A DNA stretch of 64,000 bases from Candidatus Magasanikiibacteriota bacterium (lineage in GTDB: Bacteria > Patescibacteriota > Patescibacteriia > Magasanikbacterales > GWA2-37-8). A program made the translations under genes and the position numbers. Numbering within the stretch: position 1 is the stretch's first letter; each line of letters begins with the position of its first letter. Under the pieces are notes generated by a model, which saw nothing but the letters and a program-made list of their open reading frames with translations, made no database searches and had not been told where the DNA came from. The stretch covers positions 48,571-112,570 of the forward strand of contig JAHFHZ010000001.1 of the NCBI GenBank assembly GCA_023246715.1, given 5' to 3'. Positions 1 to 10,944 of the stretch are shown piece by piece.

Positions 1-1
1 G

Positions 2-589
2 TATGGCGAGCCGCAAGTGCATCCCCAGGTGGAAGAATATTACGGCAACGTTAATCCGGTTGGCCCCCGCGCTTGTTACGATGAAGGTAAGCGTTGCGCG
101 GAAACGTTATTTTTTGATTATCATCGGATGCACGGCATGGAAATTAAGGTGGTTCGATTATTTAACGTGTATGGCCCACGCATGGGGTTTCATGACGGGC
201 GGGTGGTGTCTAATTTTATTTTGCAGGCTTTGCAGGAAAAACCGTTGACGGTTGACGGGAACGGAACGCAAACACGTAGTTTTTGTTATATTGATGATTT
301 GATTGATGGTTTGGTAAAAATGATGAATTCTCCGAGTGAGTTAATGGGGCCCATTAACTTGGGTAATCCTGTGGAAACAACTATTAACGAGTTTGGCAAT
401 CGGATTATCGAACTTACCGGCTCACCCAGTGCCCTTAGTTACTCTGGAATTTTCCGGGTAAACGATCCCATGCAACGCTGCCCCAACATCACCAAAGCCA
501 AGGAGCTGCTGGGATGGAAACCCACGGTGCAACTGGAAGAAGGGCTTAAAAGAACCATTACAAATTTTCGTGAGCGACTGGCGGTATGA
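2..589 (+). CDS. UDP-glucuronate decarboxylase (UDP-xylose synthase)-like SDR, 5'-truncated by the window edge
   Basis: The frame is open from position 2 (YGEPQVHPQ). [17 protein letters not shown] (YxxxK), [25 protein letters not shown] and GPINLGNP are UXS/ArnA-decarboxylase family motifs. Confidence 0.9.
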   Translation, partial: YGEPQVHPQVEEYYGNVNPVGPRACYDEGKRCAETLFFDYHRMHGMEIKVVRLFNVYGPRMGFHDGRVVSNFILQALQEKPLTVDGNGTQTRSFCYIDDLIDGLVKMMNSPSELMGPINLGNPVETTINEFGNRIIELTGSPSALSYSGIFRVNDPMQRCPNITKAKELLGWKPTVQLEEGLKRTITNFRERLAV

Positions 590-1722
590 GTAAACAAAGA
601 ATTTTGATATTTTCCACCGCCTATCTTCCTTTTATTGGCGGAGCCGAAGTGGCCGTTAAAGAAATCACCGATCGATTAGGATCGGTGTTTGACTTTGAAA
701 TGGTCACTGCACGATTGGACTCAAAATTGCCTGTTACTCAACGACTCACTCATAATTTTGTGGTGCACCGTATTGGGGTTGGGAACCGGTTGGATAAATT
801 ACGACTCTATTTTGAGGGTGTCAAACAGGCGCGAACGTTGGGGAAGTTTAACGTGGTGTGGGCGGTTATGGCCAGTTACGCTGGCTTCGCGGCGTTACGC
901 TATAAAAAGCAAAATCCGGCAGCGCGGTTTTTGCTCACCCTGCAAGAGGGGGACAGCAAGTGGCATATTTATAAGCGTGTCTGGTGGTGCTGGTGGTACT
1001 TTAAACAAATTTTTAAGCGGGCGGATCATATTCAAGCGATTAGCACCTATTTGGCCGCGTGGGCCAAACAGCTCGGCGCTACGTGCCCGATTACCGTGGT
1101 GCCAAACGGGGTGGATGTGAAGAGCTTTATTTTATCCGTCGAAGATAAACGCGTGCGTTACCGCGAATCACTCCGCGATGAATTGTGTTTACCAAAGAAT
1201 GCCCCGGTAATTTTTTCAGCTTCACGGCTGGTACCGAAAAATGGCATTGGAGATTTAATTGGTAGCCTACTTTTTTTACCCGCGACTGTTCATTTGGTAT
1301 TAGCTGGTGATGGAGCCCTGCGTGGTAGCCTAGGGGTTTTAGCGCGGCAAAGCAACGTTGCTGCTCGGGTTCATTTTTTGGGCCATCAGGACCCCGATAA
1401 CTTGCCTGCTTTGTTGTGGGGCAGTGATGTGTTTTGCCGACCAAGTTTATCCGAAGGTTTGGGAAATTCATTTTTAGAAGCCTTGGCCGCCGGGGTGCCA
1501 GTGGTGGCCACACCAGTTGGGGGTATTCCGGATTTTTTGCAAGATGGGCAAACCGGACTATTTTGCGCGGTGAACAACCCCAAAGATATCGCCGAAAAAA
1601 TAAAAATTATTTTGAGCGGCGACGCTCTGCGGGGACTCTTATTTGAAAATGGTAAAAAATTAATCAGTCAGAAATATTCCTGGGAGACGGTGGCTGCCCA
1701 GATGAAACAGATATTAGTATGA
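586..1722 (+). CDS. GT4 family glycosyltransferase
   Basis: [10 protein letters not shown]-terminus, [14 protein letters not shown] and the [10 protein letters not shown] (Ex7E) motif. Confidence 0.92.
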   Translation: MSKQRILIFSTAYLPFIGGAEVAVKEITDRLGSVFDFEMVTARLDSKLPVTQRLTHNFVVHRIGVGNRLDKLRLYFEGVKQARTLGKFNVVWAVMASYAGFAALRYKKQNPAARFLLTLQEGDSKWHIYKRVWWCWWYFKQIFKRADHIQAISTYLAAWAKQLGATCPITVVPNGVDVKSFILSVEDKRVRYRESLRDELCLPKNAPVIFSASRLVPKNGIGDLIGSLLFLPATVHLVLAGDGALRGSLGVLARQSNVAARVHFLGHQDPDNLPALLWGSDVFCRPSLSEGLGNSFLEALAAGVPVVATPVGGIPDFLQDGQTGLFCAVNNPKDIAEKIKIILSGDALRGLLFENGKKLISQKYSWETVAAQMKQILV

Positions 1723-2816
1723 AGCTGCTTATTGCCGCGGACATTTTTCCACCAGAATCGGGCGGGCCGGCTACATATAGCGTGACGTTAGCCAATGAAT
1801 TCGTGAAACAGGGGATTGAAGTGAAGATTGTTTCGTTGAATCCAGATTCGGATATTAGTAAAGTGAATTGTCCGGTCTATGCTGTGAGATTTAAAAATAA
1901 ACTACTTCGCTATAAGCATTATTTGTGGCTTTTATTTAAGCATGCTCGGAATGTTGAGGTGCTGTACGCCATGGGTCCGGTCAACGCCGGTTTACCGGCG
2001 CTATTTGCCGCCCGTTTTTGGCGAAAGAAATTTGTAGTGAAAGTAGTGGGGGATTATGCCTGGGAACAGGGACAAGTGTTGGGGATTGTGAGCGATAGTA
2101 TTGACGATTTTCAGGCCAAGCAGTATCCGGGGAAAATTGGTTTATTGCAGCGAATTGAACGATATGTTGTTAAGAGCACTGACTTGACTATAGTTCCTTC
2201 CAAGTATTTAAAAAGTATCGTTACGGGTTGGGGATCCTTAGAAAATAAGACCCACGTTATTTATAACGAGGTACCATTTGAACCCATGGAGGCGATTGCT
2301 CACTCGGGAGAACGTTGGGTGGTTTCAGTTGGGCGTTTGGTGCCCTGGAAGGGAATGGAAACCCTTATTGAAGCTATGGTAGGAGTTTGCAAGGTGATAC
2401 CAGAAGCCAAATTGAAGATTATCGGTGACGGTCCAGAAATGAGTAACTTAAAATTAAAGATTAATAGTTTGCAATTAGAAAACGTTATAGAGTTAACCGG
2501 TAACTTGTCACATTCTAAAACACAAAAATATATTGCTTCAGCGGATGTTTTTGTTCTCAATAGTGCATACGAGGGTTTCTCGCACGTTTTGGTTGAGGCG
2601 CATAATCAAGGCGTGCCTGTTATAGCTAGTCGGGCGGGGGGTAATGAAGAAATTGTAGCGGGGGATGCTCTTTTTGAATATAATAATAAGACTGAAATTA
2701 CAGAAAAAATTTGCCGTTATAGCGGTCTTCAAAAGGCAGGAAAGAAAAAACACAGTTTTGGAACAGGCCTTGTACCCGATACTAGGAAAGTATTAGAGCA
2801 AATATGCCGCAACTGA
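1719..2816 (+). CDS. GT4 family glycosyltransferase
   Basis: FPPESGGPA, VGRLVPWKG and EGFSHVLVEA; ATGA-type overlap with the upstream gene. Confidence 0.92.
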   Translation: MKLLIAADIFPPESGGPATYSVTLANEFVKQGIEVKIVSLNPDSDISKVNCPVYAVRFKNKLLRYKHYLWLLFKHARNVEVLYAMGPVNAGLPALFAARFWRKKFVVKVVGDYAWEQGQVLGIVSDSIDDFQAKQYPGKIGLLQRIERYVVKSTDLTIVPSKYLKSIVTGWGSLENKTHVIYNEVPFEPMEAIAHSGERWVVSVGRLVPWKGMETLIEAMVGVCKVIPEAKLKIIGDGPEMSNLKLKINSLQLENVIELTGNLSHSKTQKYIASADVFVLNSAYEGFSHVLVEAHNQGVPVIASRAGGNEEIVAGDALFEYNNKTEITEKICRYSGLQKAGKKKHSFGTGLVPDTRKVLEQICRN

Positions 2817-3802
2817 TGATTAGCCTGGACAAAAAAATACTTGATCCGAATTCAACAGTTGCTCAACGGATGATTCAGCAGGGCTTACAGGATTCATTAT
2901 TTATTGTGGTACCTGCTGTTTCAACTCAGCAGGTTCGTTTATCAACAACCGTACAAGTTTTAGGAGTAGGGGGTAGTAAATTTTTTCAGTTTTTTGGTAT
3001 TATTAGTTCAGGACGTAAATTTCTTTTTGAACACCCCGAGATTACTGTCGTTACCTGCCAAGATCCATTTTTTACGGCCTTGGCAGCATTTTTTATTTGG
3101 AAACAGCCATTGGTTTTCGAAGTGCAAGTGCACGGGGATTTTTTTGGATCAAACTATTATCGTGCAGGCAGCTTGATGAATCGCGCGCGCTATTATTTGG
3201 GTAAATTTTTCATCCGATTGGCTAATCCTGTCCGTGTGGCGGGGGAACGGATTAAACAGAGTATTATTGCCACAGGAGTCGCTGAACACCGAATCGTGGC
3301 GCGCCCAGTTACCTTAGACCCCGAAGCCACGCCACACTTTAAACCACATTTTAATTTGCACGAGCGTTTTCCTGGTTATGAAAAAATTTTTGTTGCTTTA
3401 GGTCGGCTTGATCCGGTCAAGAATATTGCCTGGCTCATTCAACTCTTTCCTGAATTGCTTAAAACGCATCGTGGCACGCTTTTAGTGATTGTTGGTGATG
3501 GGGTGGAGCGTGCGGCTTTGGAATTGCTCGTCAAGCATTTTTGTCTGCGTGATAATATTGTTTTTACTGGGTGGGTTAACGACCCACTTAGTTACCTGGC
3601 GAGTAGTGATGGTCTTTTATTCCCGAGCCTTTCGGAGGGGTATGGCCTTGCCTTACTTGAGGCAAATGCGGTAGGATGTCCTATAGTTACGACAGATGTG
3701 GGTGTGGCTAATTTTGAACTTAACACCGGACCCGCCGTGCATATTGTCCCGATTAACGACCGGGCAGCATTCCTTAAGGCGGTATTTACTTTGTATAATT
3801 AA
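2804..3802 (+). CDS. GT4 family glycosyltransferase
   Basis: GRLDPVKN, EGYGLALLEA and VTTDVG. Confidence 0.9.
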   Translation: MPQLMISLDKKILDPNSTVAQRMIQQGLQDSLFIVVPAVSTQQVRLSTTVQVLGVGGSKFFQFFGIISSGRKFLFEHPEITVVTCQDPFFTALAAFFIWKQPLVFEVQVHGDFFGSNYYRAGSLMNRARYYLGKFFIRLANPVRVAGERIKQSIIATGVAEHRIVARPVTLDPEATPHFKPHFNLHERFPGYEKIFVALGRLDPVKNIAWLIQLFPELLKTHRGTLLVIVGDGVERAALELLVKHFCLRDNIVFTGWVNDPLSYLASSDGLLFPSLSEGYGLALLEANAVGCPIVTTDVGVANFELNTGPAVHIVPINDRAAFLKAVFTLYN

Positions 3803-3810
3803 CTGATGGT

Positions 3811-4824
3811 ATGTCCGCCAAAAAAGCCTTGATTACCGGGATTTCTGGTCAGGATGGATCGTACTTAACCAAGCTGTTGCTCGATAAGGGCTACCGTGTT
3901 TTTGGTTTGGTGCGTCGTAGCGTGGACCGAAGCTTGAAGAATTTGGAAGACATGGGCGTGGTAGATAAAATTGAGTATGCCGATGGCGACTTGACCGATG
4001 AATGCTCGGTGATGAAAGCCGTTAAAAGCATCCGCCCCGACGAAGTATATAATCTGGGGGCGCAATCTTTTGTGGGAACTTCCTGGGATAATCCAATCCT
4101 AACTACCGAAGTGAATGCTTTAGGGCCGTTGAAGCTGTTGAACGCTCTGCGGTATTTTCATCCCACGGCCCGCTATTACCAGGCTTCAACCAGCGAAATG
4201 TTTGGCAACAGCCATGATAAAGGCCTGCAGACCGAACAAACACCGTTTCATCCGCGCAGCCCGTACGCAATTTCTAAATTGTATGGACATTGGATTACGA
4301 TTAATTTCCGTGAGAGTTTTGGCATGTTCGCGGTCAGCGGTATTTTGTTTAATCATGAGTCACCCTTGCGCGGTCCGGAATTCGTGACGCGTAAAATTAC
4401 AATGGGTGTCGCCAAGATCAAACACGGGCTGGCGAATGAAATTTTACTCGGCAACTTGGACTCAAAACGAGATTGGGGATTCGCCGGTGATTACGTGGAA
4501 GCAATGTGGCTGATGTTGCAGCAAAAAGAACCAAAAGATTTTTTAATTTCCACCGGCGAAACTCATTCCGTACGGGAATTTTTGGAATTAGCTTTTAAAC
4601 GCGTGGGGATTACAGATTGGGAAAAGCACGTAAAGATTGATCCCAAGTTTATGCGGCCGGCCGACGTTTTTGCTTTGCATGGTCACAGCGCCTCGGCTGG
4701 CAAGGAGTTGGGTTGGAAGCCGAAGGTAAGTTTTGAAAAATTAGTTGAAATGATGGTTGATGCCGACCTGAAGCGCGTGGAAAACTCCGCGCGTGCCGAC
4801 CGGGTGGTGGAAGCGATCATTTAG
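3811..4824 (+). CDS. gmd: GDP-mannose 4,6-dehydratase
   Basis: ALITGISGQDGSYL, YNLGAQSFV, QASTSEMFG, PRSPYAISK, LFNHESPLRG, FVTRKIT and LGNLDSKRDWG. Confidence 0.97.
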   Translation: MSAKKALITGISGQDGSYLTKLLLDKGYRVFGLVRRSVDRSLKNLEDMGVVDKIEYADGDLTDECSVMKAVKSIRPDEVYNLGAQSFVGTSWDNPILTTEVNALGPLKLLNALRYFHPTARYYQASTSEMFGNSHDKGLQTEQTPFHPRSPYAISKLYGHWITINFRESFGMFAVSGILFNHESPLRGPEFVTRKITMGVAKIKHGLANEILLGNLDSKRDWGFAGDYVEAMWLMLQQKEPKDFLISTGETHSVREFLELAFKRVGITDWEKHVKIDPKFMRPADVFALHGHSASAGKELGWKPKVSFEKLVEMMVDADLKRVENSARADRVVEAII

Positions 4825-4829
4825 GGCGT

Positions 4830-6047
4830 ATGCCGGCGGCGGATAAGAAAATTTTATTGCTCTGCCCACGATTTCCGTATCCCGAATCCGGCGCTTGCGA
4901 ACAGGACCGGGCGGATGGCATTCGGCAGCTGGTTCGCCTAGGCTACACGGTAAACGTGGTCGGTAAGGTGTTTCCTTGGCAGGACACGCGCGTAATTAAC
5001 ACGACGTGGAGTGCTTTGGGTGTTGAAATTAACAATGTTCCGTACCGAGCCAAATCGAAACGTTTTTCACTTTCTCTTTTTTTAGAGAAATTTTTTTATA
5101 TACTGAGAAACTTTCGCTATGCCGACGGCGCGGCGTATGAGTATGCTGATCCGGCGTTCAAAAGGTTGGTTGCTCAGAAACTCCGTGATTTTAAACCGGA
5201 TATTGTTTGGGCGGATTATACGTATCTTTGGCCGCTTAATACATTAATTAAAGCAAGCGGTGCTAAACTGGTAGTGCGCTCGATAAATTTTGAACCCAAG
5301 CATTTTTTGGAGGAAGAAGGTCGTAGCTTATTAGCGTATATCAAGTTTTTACCCAAGTTGGCTGGTGAAATTAAAAGCGCCCGTGAAGCTGATGTGCTAT
5401 TGAGCATGAATCCCCAAGAGCAAAGCAAGTACATCAAATGTGGCGCGCCCCGCGTAGTAAATTTGCCGTTGCGCAGCCTAGGGCGGGATTGGCCAATGCA
5501 TATGCCGCGGGAACGCGAAGTGCTCAATGTTTTCTTTTTTGGATCAACCTACACGGTGTCGCATAACGCTCGGGCGTTGCGTTTTATTCTGCAAGAATTG
5601 GTTCCGGCAATGGAACGTCAGGCTCCCGGCAAGTTTTTTTTTCATATTTTTGGCGGTAAATTTCCCGATGAATTTAAACCATTATTAAAGCCAGGAGTCG
5701 TTGTTCATGGCTTTGTTGATGAACTTGAGACATTGCTGGCGGATCAGGATATCGCGCTCGCGCCGTCTTTTTTTGGAGCGGGAATGCAGCAGAAAGTTTT
5801 TGAGCCGCTCGTGCGCGGTTTCCCAACCATCACCAGCCCGCGTGGATTGGCGGGGTATCCTTTTGTGCCGGGTACGGAGGTGCTGTTGGCTCGAAATTTA
5901 TCCGAATATATTGCGGCGTTGTTGCAATTGCAAGATTTAAGATTACGACGTAACTTAGGGTATAACGCGCGCGCAAAAAGCACGGCTTTATTTTCGGGGG
6001 CGTTGAGCGATACTATCGTAAAACAGGAATTAGCGCGATTATGTTAA
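4830..6047 (+). CDS. GT4-like glycosyltransferase
   Basis: GT-B C-terminal pattern HGFVDEL...APSFFGAGMQQKVFE. Confidence 0.8.
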   Translation: MPAADKKILLLCPRFPYPESGACEQDRADGIRQLVRLGYTVNVVGKVFPWQDTRVINTTWSALGVEINNVPYRAKSKRFSLSLFLEKFFYILRNFRYADGAAYEYADPAFKRLVAQKLRDFKPDIVWADYTYLWPLNTLIKASGAKLVVRSINFEPKHFLEEEGRSLLAYIKFLPKLAGEIKSAREADVLLSMNPQEQSKYIKCGAPRVVNLPLRSLGRDWPMHMPREREVLNVFFFGSTYTVSHNARALRFILQELVPAMERQAPGKFFFHIFGGKFPDEFKPLLKPGVVVHGFVDELETLLADQDIALAPSFFGAGMQQKVFEPLVRGFPTITSPRGLAGYPFVPGTEVLLARNLSEYIAALLQLQDLRLRRNLGYNARAKSTALFSGALSDTIVKQELARLC

Positions 6048-7732
6048 AGTTTTTTTCACCTTTTCGTTTGAGTGTTGTTGGCTTGGTGATTTTTTTATTG
6101 ATTCCTCGCCTGATTCTGTTAACCAACGGCCTGGACAGCCAGCGAATTTGGGACACTAATACCCCGGCTGCTTTTCAGTTTTTAGCGGCTCTTAAAGACA
6201 ATCGCCTGGGTGAATTTTGGCGTTCGGGGCAGAAATATCCGCTGCTCGGTTCGTATTCGTTTGTTCCAGTCCTTGGTGCTTATTATACCGTAGAGAAAGT
6301 TCGCGGTATTTTTGCGGCGCCGATTGATTTTATGAAGGCGTATGCGCTCGGAGAAACAAACGTGTTTTTTTGGATTCGGTTGCAAATGCTGGTTTTGAAC
6401 TTGGTGACAATCTTGCTTCTTTATCGTTTGACTAAACGGTTTACCGGAGCGTCGCGCCGGGCCGGACTATACGTCGTGCTTTTAGCAGCGGTTAATTTTT
6501 ACGTAGCCTTTTTTTCGGTGATGCCGCGCATACATAGTTTTGCTTTTTTTGCCGTGACTCTGACGCTCTACGCTTCGCTCCAATTACTTGAAAAGAAAAC
6601 TACTCGTAATTACTTACTGGCATTTGGCGCGGCGATTATCGCTGGGAGTGTTTCGCAGAGCGGTGTACCAGCCGTGCTTTTACCGATTGGAGCTCATTTT
6701 TATGATTCTGAGCAAAGCAAGTGGTTACTGCGAATTAATCGGCGTCTTGTTGCCAGCGGAATTGCCTATGCAGTGCTTACGGCTGTTTTGGGTTACCCGC
6801 GCACAGTGCTTTGGTTGGTGGATGCCACATTGCAGTTATTTTCAATGGTTATTTTGGGGGGTAATCATATTATTCCGTCGGTAACGTTCACTTGGGTACC
6901 GGTTTACTATTTACTCTCAACCGAATTTATCGCCGTGTGGCTGGGACTAGTGGCGATATTTTTTGCTATACGGCACTCTATTGTTCGGTCAGCCGAGCGT
7001 TTGCGCTTTGCCCCGGCAGATTGGTTGGCTTTGGGTCACGTGGTTGTTTTTTTTGGCGCATTTGGTTTTTCAAATATTTTTAGCGGCCGATTCATGCTGG
7101 CGGCAATGCCCTCGATGTTGTTTTTGGCAGCGCGCCTCATGATGCAGCTGGAACGTTGGCGCTGCGCGTGGTACCCGCTGGTTGTTTGTTTAGCCTTTCA
7201 GGGTTATGGAATTATTCAACTAAGCTCGGCGGCAGCAGGAGGGGACACGCGCGCGGACGCGGCGAGCTGGATATTAAACAACACTAAACCCACTGATCGA
7301 TTGGCCACCACGCTTGACCCGGTATTTTTGGGGATTGTGCCAACTCCCGAAGCTGTGGGCGGGTACGCAGCGCCAATTTTGGGAGCCAATGAAAGTTTGG
7401 TAAAACAACATAATCTGATCGGGGATAAATCGCGTTTTTTGAGTTGGTTTAACGCTTCTTCTACTCCGGCAATAAAAGCCGACTTGCTTAGCTTTGACTA
7501 CTTGATAGTGTCGGTAACTGATCGGAATGTATTTGTAACCGAGGCAGAACTGCACAACGCTCGTTTTAAATTGGTGCAGAGCTTTTATAACACGCCAGAG
7601 CGGAATGCGTTTGAGCAGTCATTTATTCCCTGGGATTTTATTACGCCCCGACCAAGCATCCCGCACCCGCTCGCTTTGCAACGCTTCAAGGCGTTTGGCC
7701 CAACTGTAGAGATTTATCAACGGATGCCGTAA
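6041..7732 (+). CDS. Multi-pass membrane protein, probable GT-C (ArnT/PMT-like) glycosyltransferase
   Basis: About 10 hydrophobic helices, an N-terminal loop with WD and YP, GRF near the last helices, and a soluble C-terminal domain starting DTR..AASWI. Confidence 0.65.
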   Translation: MLKFFSPFRLSVVGLVIFLLIPRLILLTNGLDSQRIWDTNTPAAFQFLAALKDNRLGEFWRSGQKYPLLGSYSFVPVLGAYYTVEKVRGIFAAPIDFMKAYALGETNVFFWIRLQMLVLNLVTILLLYRLTKRFTGASRRAGLYVVLLAAVNFYVAFFSVMPRIHSFAFFAVTLTLYASLQLLEKKTTRNYLLAFGAAIIAGSVSQSGVPAVLLPIGAHFYDSEQSKWLLRINRRLVASGIAYAVLTAVLGYPRTVLWLVDATLQLFSMVILGGNHIIPSVTFTWVPVYYLLSTEFIAVWLGLVAIFFAIRHSIVRSAERLRFAPADWLALGHVVVFFGAFGFSNIFSGRFMLAAMPSMLFLAARLMMQLERWRCAWYPLVVCLAFQGYGIIQLSSAAAGGDTRADAASWILNNTKPTDRLATTLDPVFLGIVPTPEAVGGYAAPILGANESLVKQHNLIGDKSRFLSWFNASSTPAIKADLLSFDYLIVSVTDRNVFVTEAELHNARFKLVQSFYNTPERNAFEQSFIPWDFITPRPSIPHPLALQRFKAFGPTVEIYQRMP

Positions 7733-7738
7733 CGCTGT

Positions 7739-8809
7739 ATGAAACTTTTGATACTTACCCAAAAAGTTGACCGATCAGATAGTAATCTTGGTTTTTTCCA
7801 CGCTTGGCTTATTAAGCTTGCCGCGCAGTGCGAAAAATTGACGGTTATTTGCCTGCAAAAGGGTGAGTATAATTTACCGGCGAACGTAACTGTACTGTCG
7901 CTTGGCAAAGAGAATGGTGTTTCCCGGTTTACTTACGTGATCCGATTTTATCACTATATTTTTTCGCTGCGAGCAGAGTACGACGGAGTTTTTGTGCACA
8001 TGAATCAGTTGTATGTGATTCTCGGCGGTTTTTTTTGGAAAATGTGGCATAAGAAAGTGTTGTTATGGTACGTGCACCGCTCCGTCACCTGGCAGCTGCG
8101 ACTGGCCGAGAAGTTGGTAACGGCTATTTTTACCGCTTCGATAGAAAGTTTTCGTTTGCCAAGCGGCAAAGTCCAGGTGGTGGGGCATGGAATTGATACA
8201 GCAGTTTTTATCCCACCAACGGCCTATCCGCTTTTGCCGCCATTACGCCTGGTGACGGTTGGCCGGGTAACTAAGGCAAAGGATCTGGCCACCTTGATAC
8301 GATCGGTTGCCCGCGTGGCCGAGCAGGTGCCTGCCGCGGGCTGTACCCTCACTATTATCGGCGAACCGGTCCGGGCAGATGATCGGGCCTATGCTCAAGG
8401 TCTGCATGAACTGGTTAAATCCCTCGGCGCGGAGAAAATTATTTTGTTTTATGGACGAGTGGTGCATCAAGAGCTACCACAATTGCTCGCTAGCCATCAT
8501 TTGTTTATCCAGGCCAGCCAGACGGGGAGCGTGGATAAAGCAATTCTTGAACCCCTGGCCACAGGATTAACCGTAATAAGCTCTGGAGATGCGTTCCAGG
8601 GAGGGGTTGCGCAGGACGCTGGCATTGAAACCTATACCCCCCGAGATTATCAAGAATTAGCCCAAAAGATTGAAAAACTCTATAGCTCTGGTATACTGAA
8701 CACACCCAATAAACAGGGTAGGGAATGGGTCAAAAAACATCATAATCTTGAGGTTTTGACCAAAAAAATCGTTGATTTTTTCATTTCCAAACCAGCCCGG
8801 CGTGATTAA
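7739..8809 (+). CDS. GT4 family glycosyltransferase
   Basis: MKLLILTQKVD, VGHGID, VGRVTKAK and GSVDKAILE. Confidence 0.9.
   Translation: MKLLILTQKVDRSDSNLGFFHAWLIKLAAQCEKLTVICLQKGEYNLPANVTVLSLGKENGVSRFTYVIRFYHYIFSLRAEYDGVFVHMNQLYVILGGFFWKMWHKKVLLWYVHRSVTWQLRLAEKLVTAIFTASIESFRLPSGKVQVVGHGIDTAVFIPPTAYPLLPPLRLVTVGRVTKAKDLATLIRSVARVAEQVPAAGCTLTIIGEPVRADDRAYAQGLHELVKSLGAEKIILFYGRVVHQELPQLLASHHLFIQASQTGSVDKAILEPLATGLTVISSGDAFQGGVAQDAGIETYTPRDYQELAQKIEKLYSSGILNTPNKQGREWVKKHHNLEVLTKKIVDFFISKPARRD
8670..8697 (+). promoter_or_regulatory. Putative sigma70 promoter inside the 3' end of the GT4 gene, upstream of the GT2 at 8918
   Basis: TTGAAA (8670-8675), 16-nt spacer, TGn-TATACT (8692-8697). Confidence 0.4.
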
Positions 8810-8917
8810 ATCCGTCGACAGGTCTTTGATTTTTATTAGCGTTTACATAACATATTTATTCAGTGCTGGTCGGGCAGTGGCAAGACTCCTTCCGGCAGTT
8901 AGTCTAGTTTATATCGT

Positions 8918-9625
8918 ATGAAAAAAGTTACGATAGTTATTCCGGTGTATAACGAAGAAAAAACTATTGAAAAAATTCTCAAGAAGGTTTCTGAAGCAAA
9001 TACGCTTGGTTTGGAAAAAGAGATTATCACGGTTAATGACTGTTCCAAGGATAATAGTCGTCAATTGCTCGAAAATTTGAAACAGCAGTACGGATTAAAA
9101 GTTTTCCATCAGGAAGTGAACATGGGTAAAGGGGCGGCGCTGCAGCGCGGGTTCCAGGAAGCGACTGGTGATATTGTCATTGTTCAGGACGCGGATTTGG
9201 AATACTCGCCCGATGAATATATAAATTTGTTGCAGCCAATTTTGGACGGCGACGCTGACGTGGTATATGGTTCGCGTTTTATTAGCGATCGTCCGCACCG
9301 TGTGCTCTTTTTTTGGCATTACGTGGCGAATAAAGGTTTAACGCTCCTGTCTAACATGTTCACCAATTTGAATCTTACGGACATGGAAACTTGTTATAAA
9401 GTATTCAAGCGAGATTTAATGAAACATTTCACTATCCGCGAGAATCGTTTCGGTTTTGAACCGGAACTAACGGCAAAATTGGCCCGTATTCCAGAAATAC
9501 GCATTTATGAAGTCGGTATTTCGTATCGCGGCCGCAGCTATGCGGAGGGTAAAAAACTCAATTGGAAAGACGGTTTCCCAACCGTAAAGGCAATTATTAA
9601 GTATGGTCTTTTTAAAGGAAAATAA
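8918..9625 (+). CDS. GT2 polyprenol-phosphate sugar synthase (DPM1-like)
   Basis: [42 protein letters not shown] and FGFEPE. Confidence 0.93.
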   Translation: MKKVTIVIPVYNEEKTIEKILKKVSEANTLGLEKEIITVNDCSKDNSRQLLENLKQQYGLKVFHQEVNMGKGAALQRGFQEATGDIVIVQDADLEYSPDEYINLLQPILDGDADVVYGSRFISDRPHRVLFFWHYVANKGLTLLSNMFTNLNLTDMETCYKVFKRDLMKHFTIRENRFGFEPELTAKLARIPEIRIYEVGISYRGRSYAEGKKLNWKDGFPTVKAIIKYGLFKGK

Positions 9626-10931
9626 ATTATTGACCGTAATTATCGCAGGCTCATTTGTGTTGAGCCTGTTTTATGCTTTTTATTTTCGGATTACCCCGGT
9701 AGTTGACGCGAAAGCCTACGATCGTATCGCCTGGAATTTAGTTCAAGGTAATGGATTTCGGGAGAATGCTGAAACTCCTTTTAGGTATGATTGGGCCATG
9801 CTCCGGGCCGGGCCGGGATATGAATTTCTGTTGGCCGGTGTTTATTTTGTTTTTGGGCATCGTTTTGAGCCGGTATGGGTGCTACAAGCGTTGTTGCACG
9901 CGCTAACGGCTTTGTTGGTGTACGCCATTGCCCGTGAGTTATTTGCGCAAAACGGCCGACAGGCTGGTTTGCTGGCTGCTGCCGCTATCGCGATAAGCCC
10001 GGATTTAATTGAAATTTCGGCCATGCTTATGACCGAAACACTCTATGTTTTTTGTACCGCACTAGCAGTGTATTTATTTTTGCGTCAATTTCGGCCCGGG
10101 ACAGGATTGCTCGGAGCGCTCAGCGTGGGGACGGCCGTAGGGGTTGGCATTCTCACTCGCCCAACATTGGTGTTGTTTATTCCAATCATGGTCTTTTTTT
10201 ACCTGAGTCGTAAAAAATATGTGGCCGCGGTGATGTTGGCAGTTTGCTCGGGGTTGATTTTATTGCCCTGGGTGCTGCGCAACTATTTGTTGTTTAATCA
10301 AATTATCACTACAACGCTTATCGGGTCGTATAATATCTGGCTGGGTAACACGCTTTTTTCCGACGGCGGGCAATACAACAGCACTGTTAATCCGTTGATT
10401 AGTTATGTTACCGAGCATGGTCTGGAAGGGCTAAAAAAGCACGCGAGCGGTGAATTTATGACTTTTTTATTGAGCCATCCGTTGGTGTTTATTAAATTAT
10501 GCGCCATTCGAGTGGTGCGTTATTTTAGTCTTTTGCGCCCAATGGGATTTTGGTTTTATCAGGTTGGCGTTGGAAAGATTGCCATGGTAGGAAGTTCGCT
10601 AGTGTGGATCGCGGCATTGTTTATCAGCGGCTTTGCCGGGCTGGCCAAGCTCGTTCGCGAGAAAAATCAGACCGGATATTTTTTTGTCGCGCTGGCTCTG
10701 AGCGCTCCACTCCTGCTTTTTTTGACAGCCGTACAATCCCGTTATCGTTTTCAAATCTATCCGTTTTTGGCGGTGTCCGGGGCAGGGTTAATTGTTGCCT
10801 GGTGGCAACAGCGGCGGATTGCCTGGAAAGAAAGTTATTTCGTATTTCCGGTTTTGTTTTTATTGGTGATTAGCACAGTTGATTTATTGTCGAGCGTGCC
10901 GGTAATTTTAGCTCATCTAAAGTTATTTTAA
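9603..10931 (+). CDS. GT-C (ArnT/PMT-2-like) membrane glycosyltransferase
   Basis: DAKAYD..A loop after TM1, PGY, MTETL, LTRP, PWVLRNY and RYR; many transmembrane helices. Confidence 0.8.
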   Translation: MVFLKENKLLTVIIAGSFVLSLFYAFYFRITPVVDAKAYDRIAWNLVQGNGFRENAETPFRYDWAMLRAGPGYEFLLAGVYFVFGHRFEPVWVLQALLHALTALLVYAIARELFAQNGRQAGLLAAAAIAISPDLIEISAMLMTETLYVFCTALAVYLFLRQFRPGTGLLGALSVGTAVGVGILTRPTLVLFIPIMVFFYLSRKKYVAAVMLAVCSGLILLPWVLRNYLLFNQIITTTLIGSYNIWLGNTLFSDGGQYNSTVNPLISYVTEHGLEGLKKHASGEFMTFLLSHPLVFIKLCAIRVVRYFSLLRPMGFWFYQVGVGKIAMVGSSLVWIAALFISGFAGLAKLVREKNQTGYFFVALALSAPLLLFLTAVQSRYRFQIYPFLAVSGAGLIVAWWQQRRIAWKESYFVFPVLFLLVISTVDLLSSVPVILAHLKLF

Positions 10932-10944
10932 TTCCTTATTCAGT

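Noticed and set aside
8810-8917. Possible structured RNA or riboswitch in the 108-bp intergenic region
   Set aside because: Only short, weak complementarities are visible and I recognise no Rfam-like motif. A covariance search would be needed to support it.
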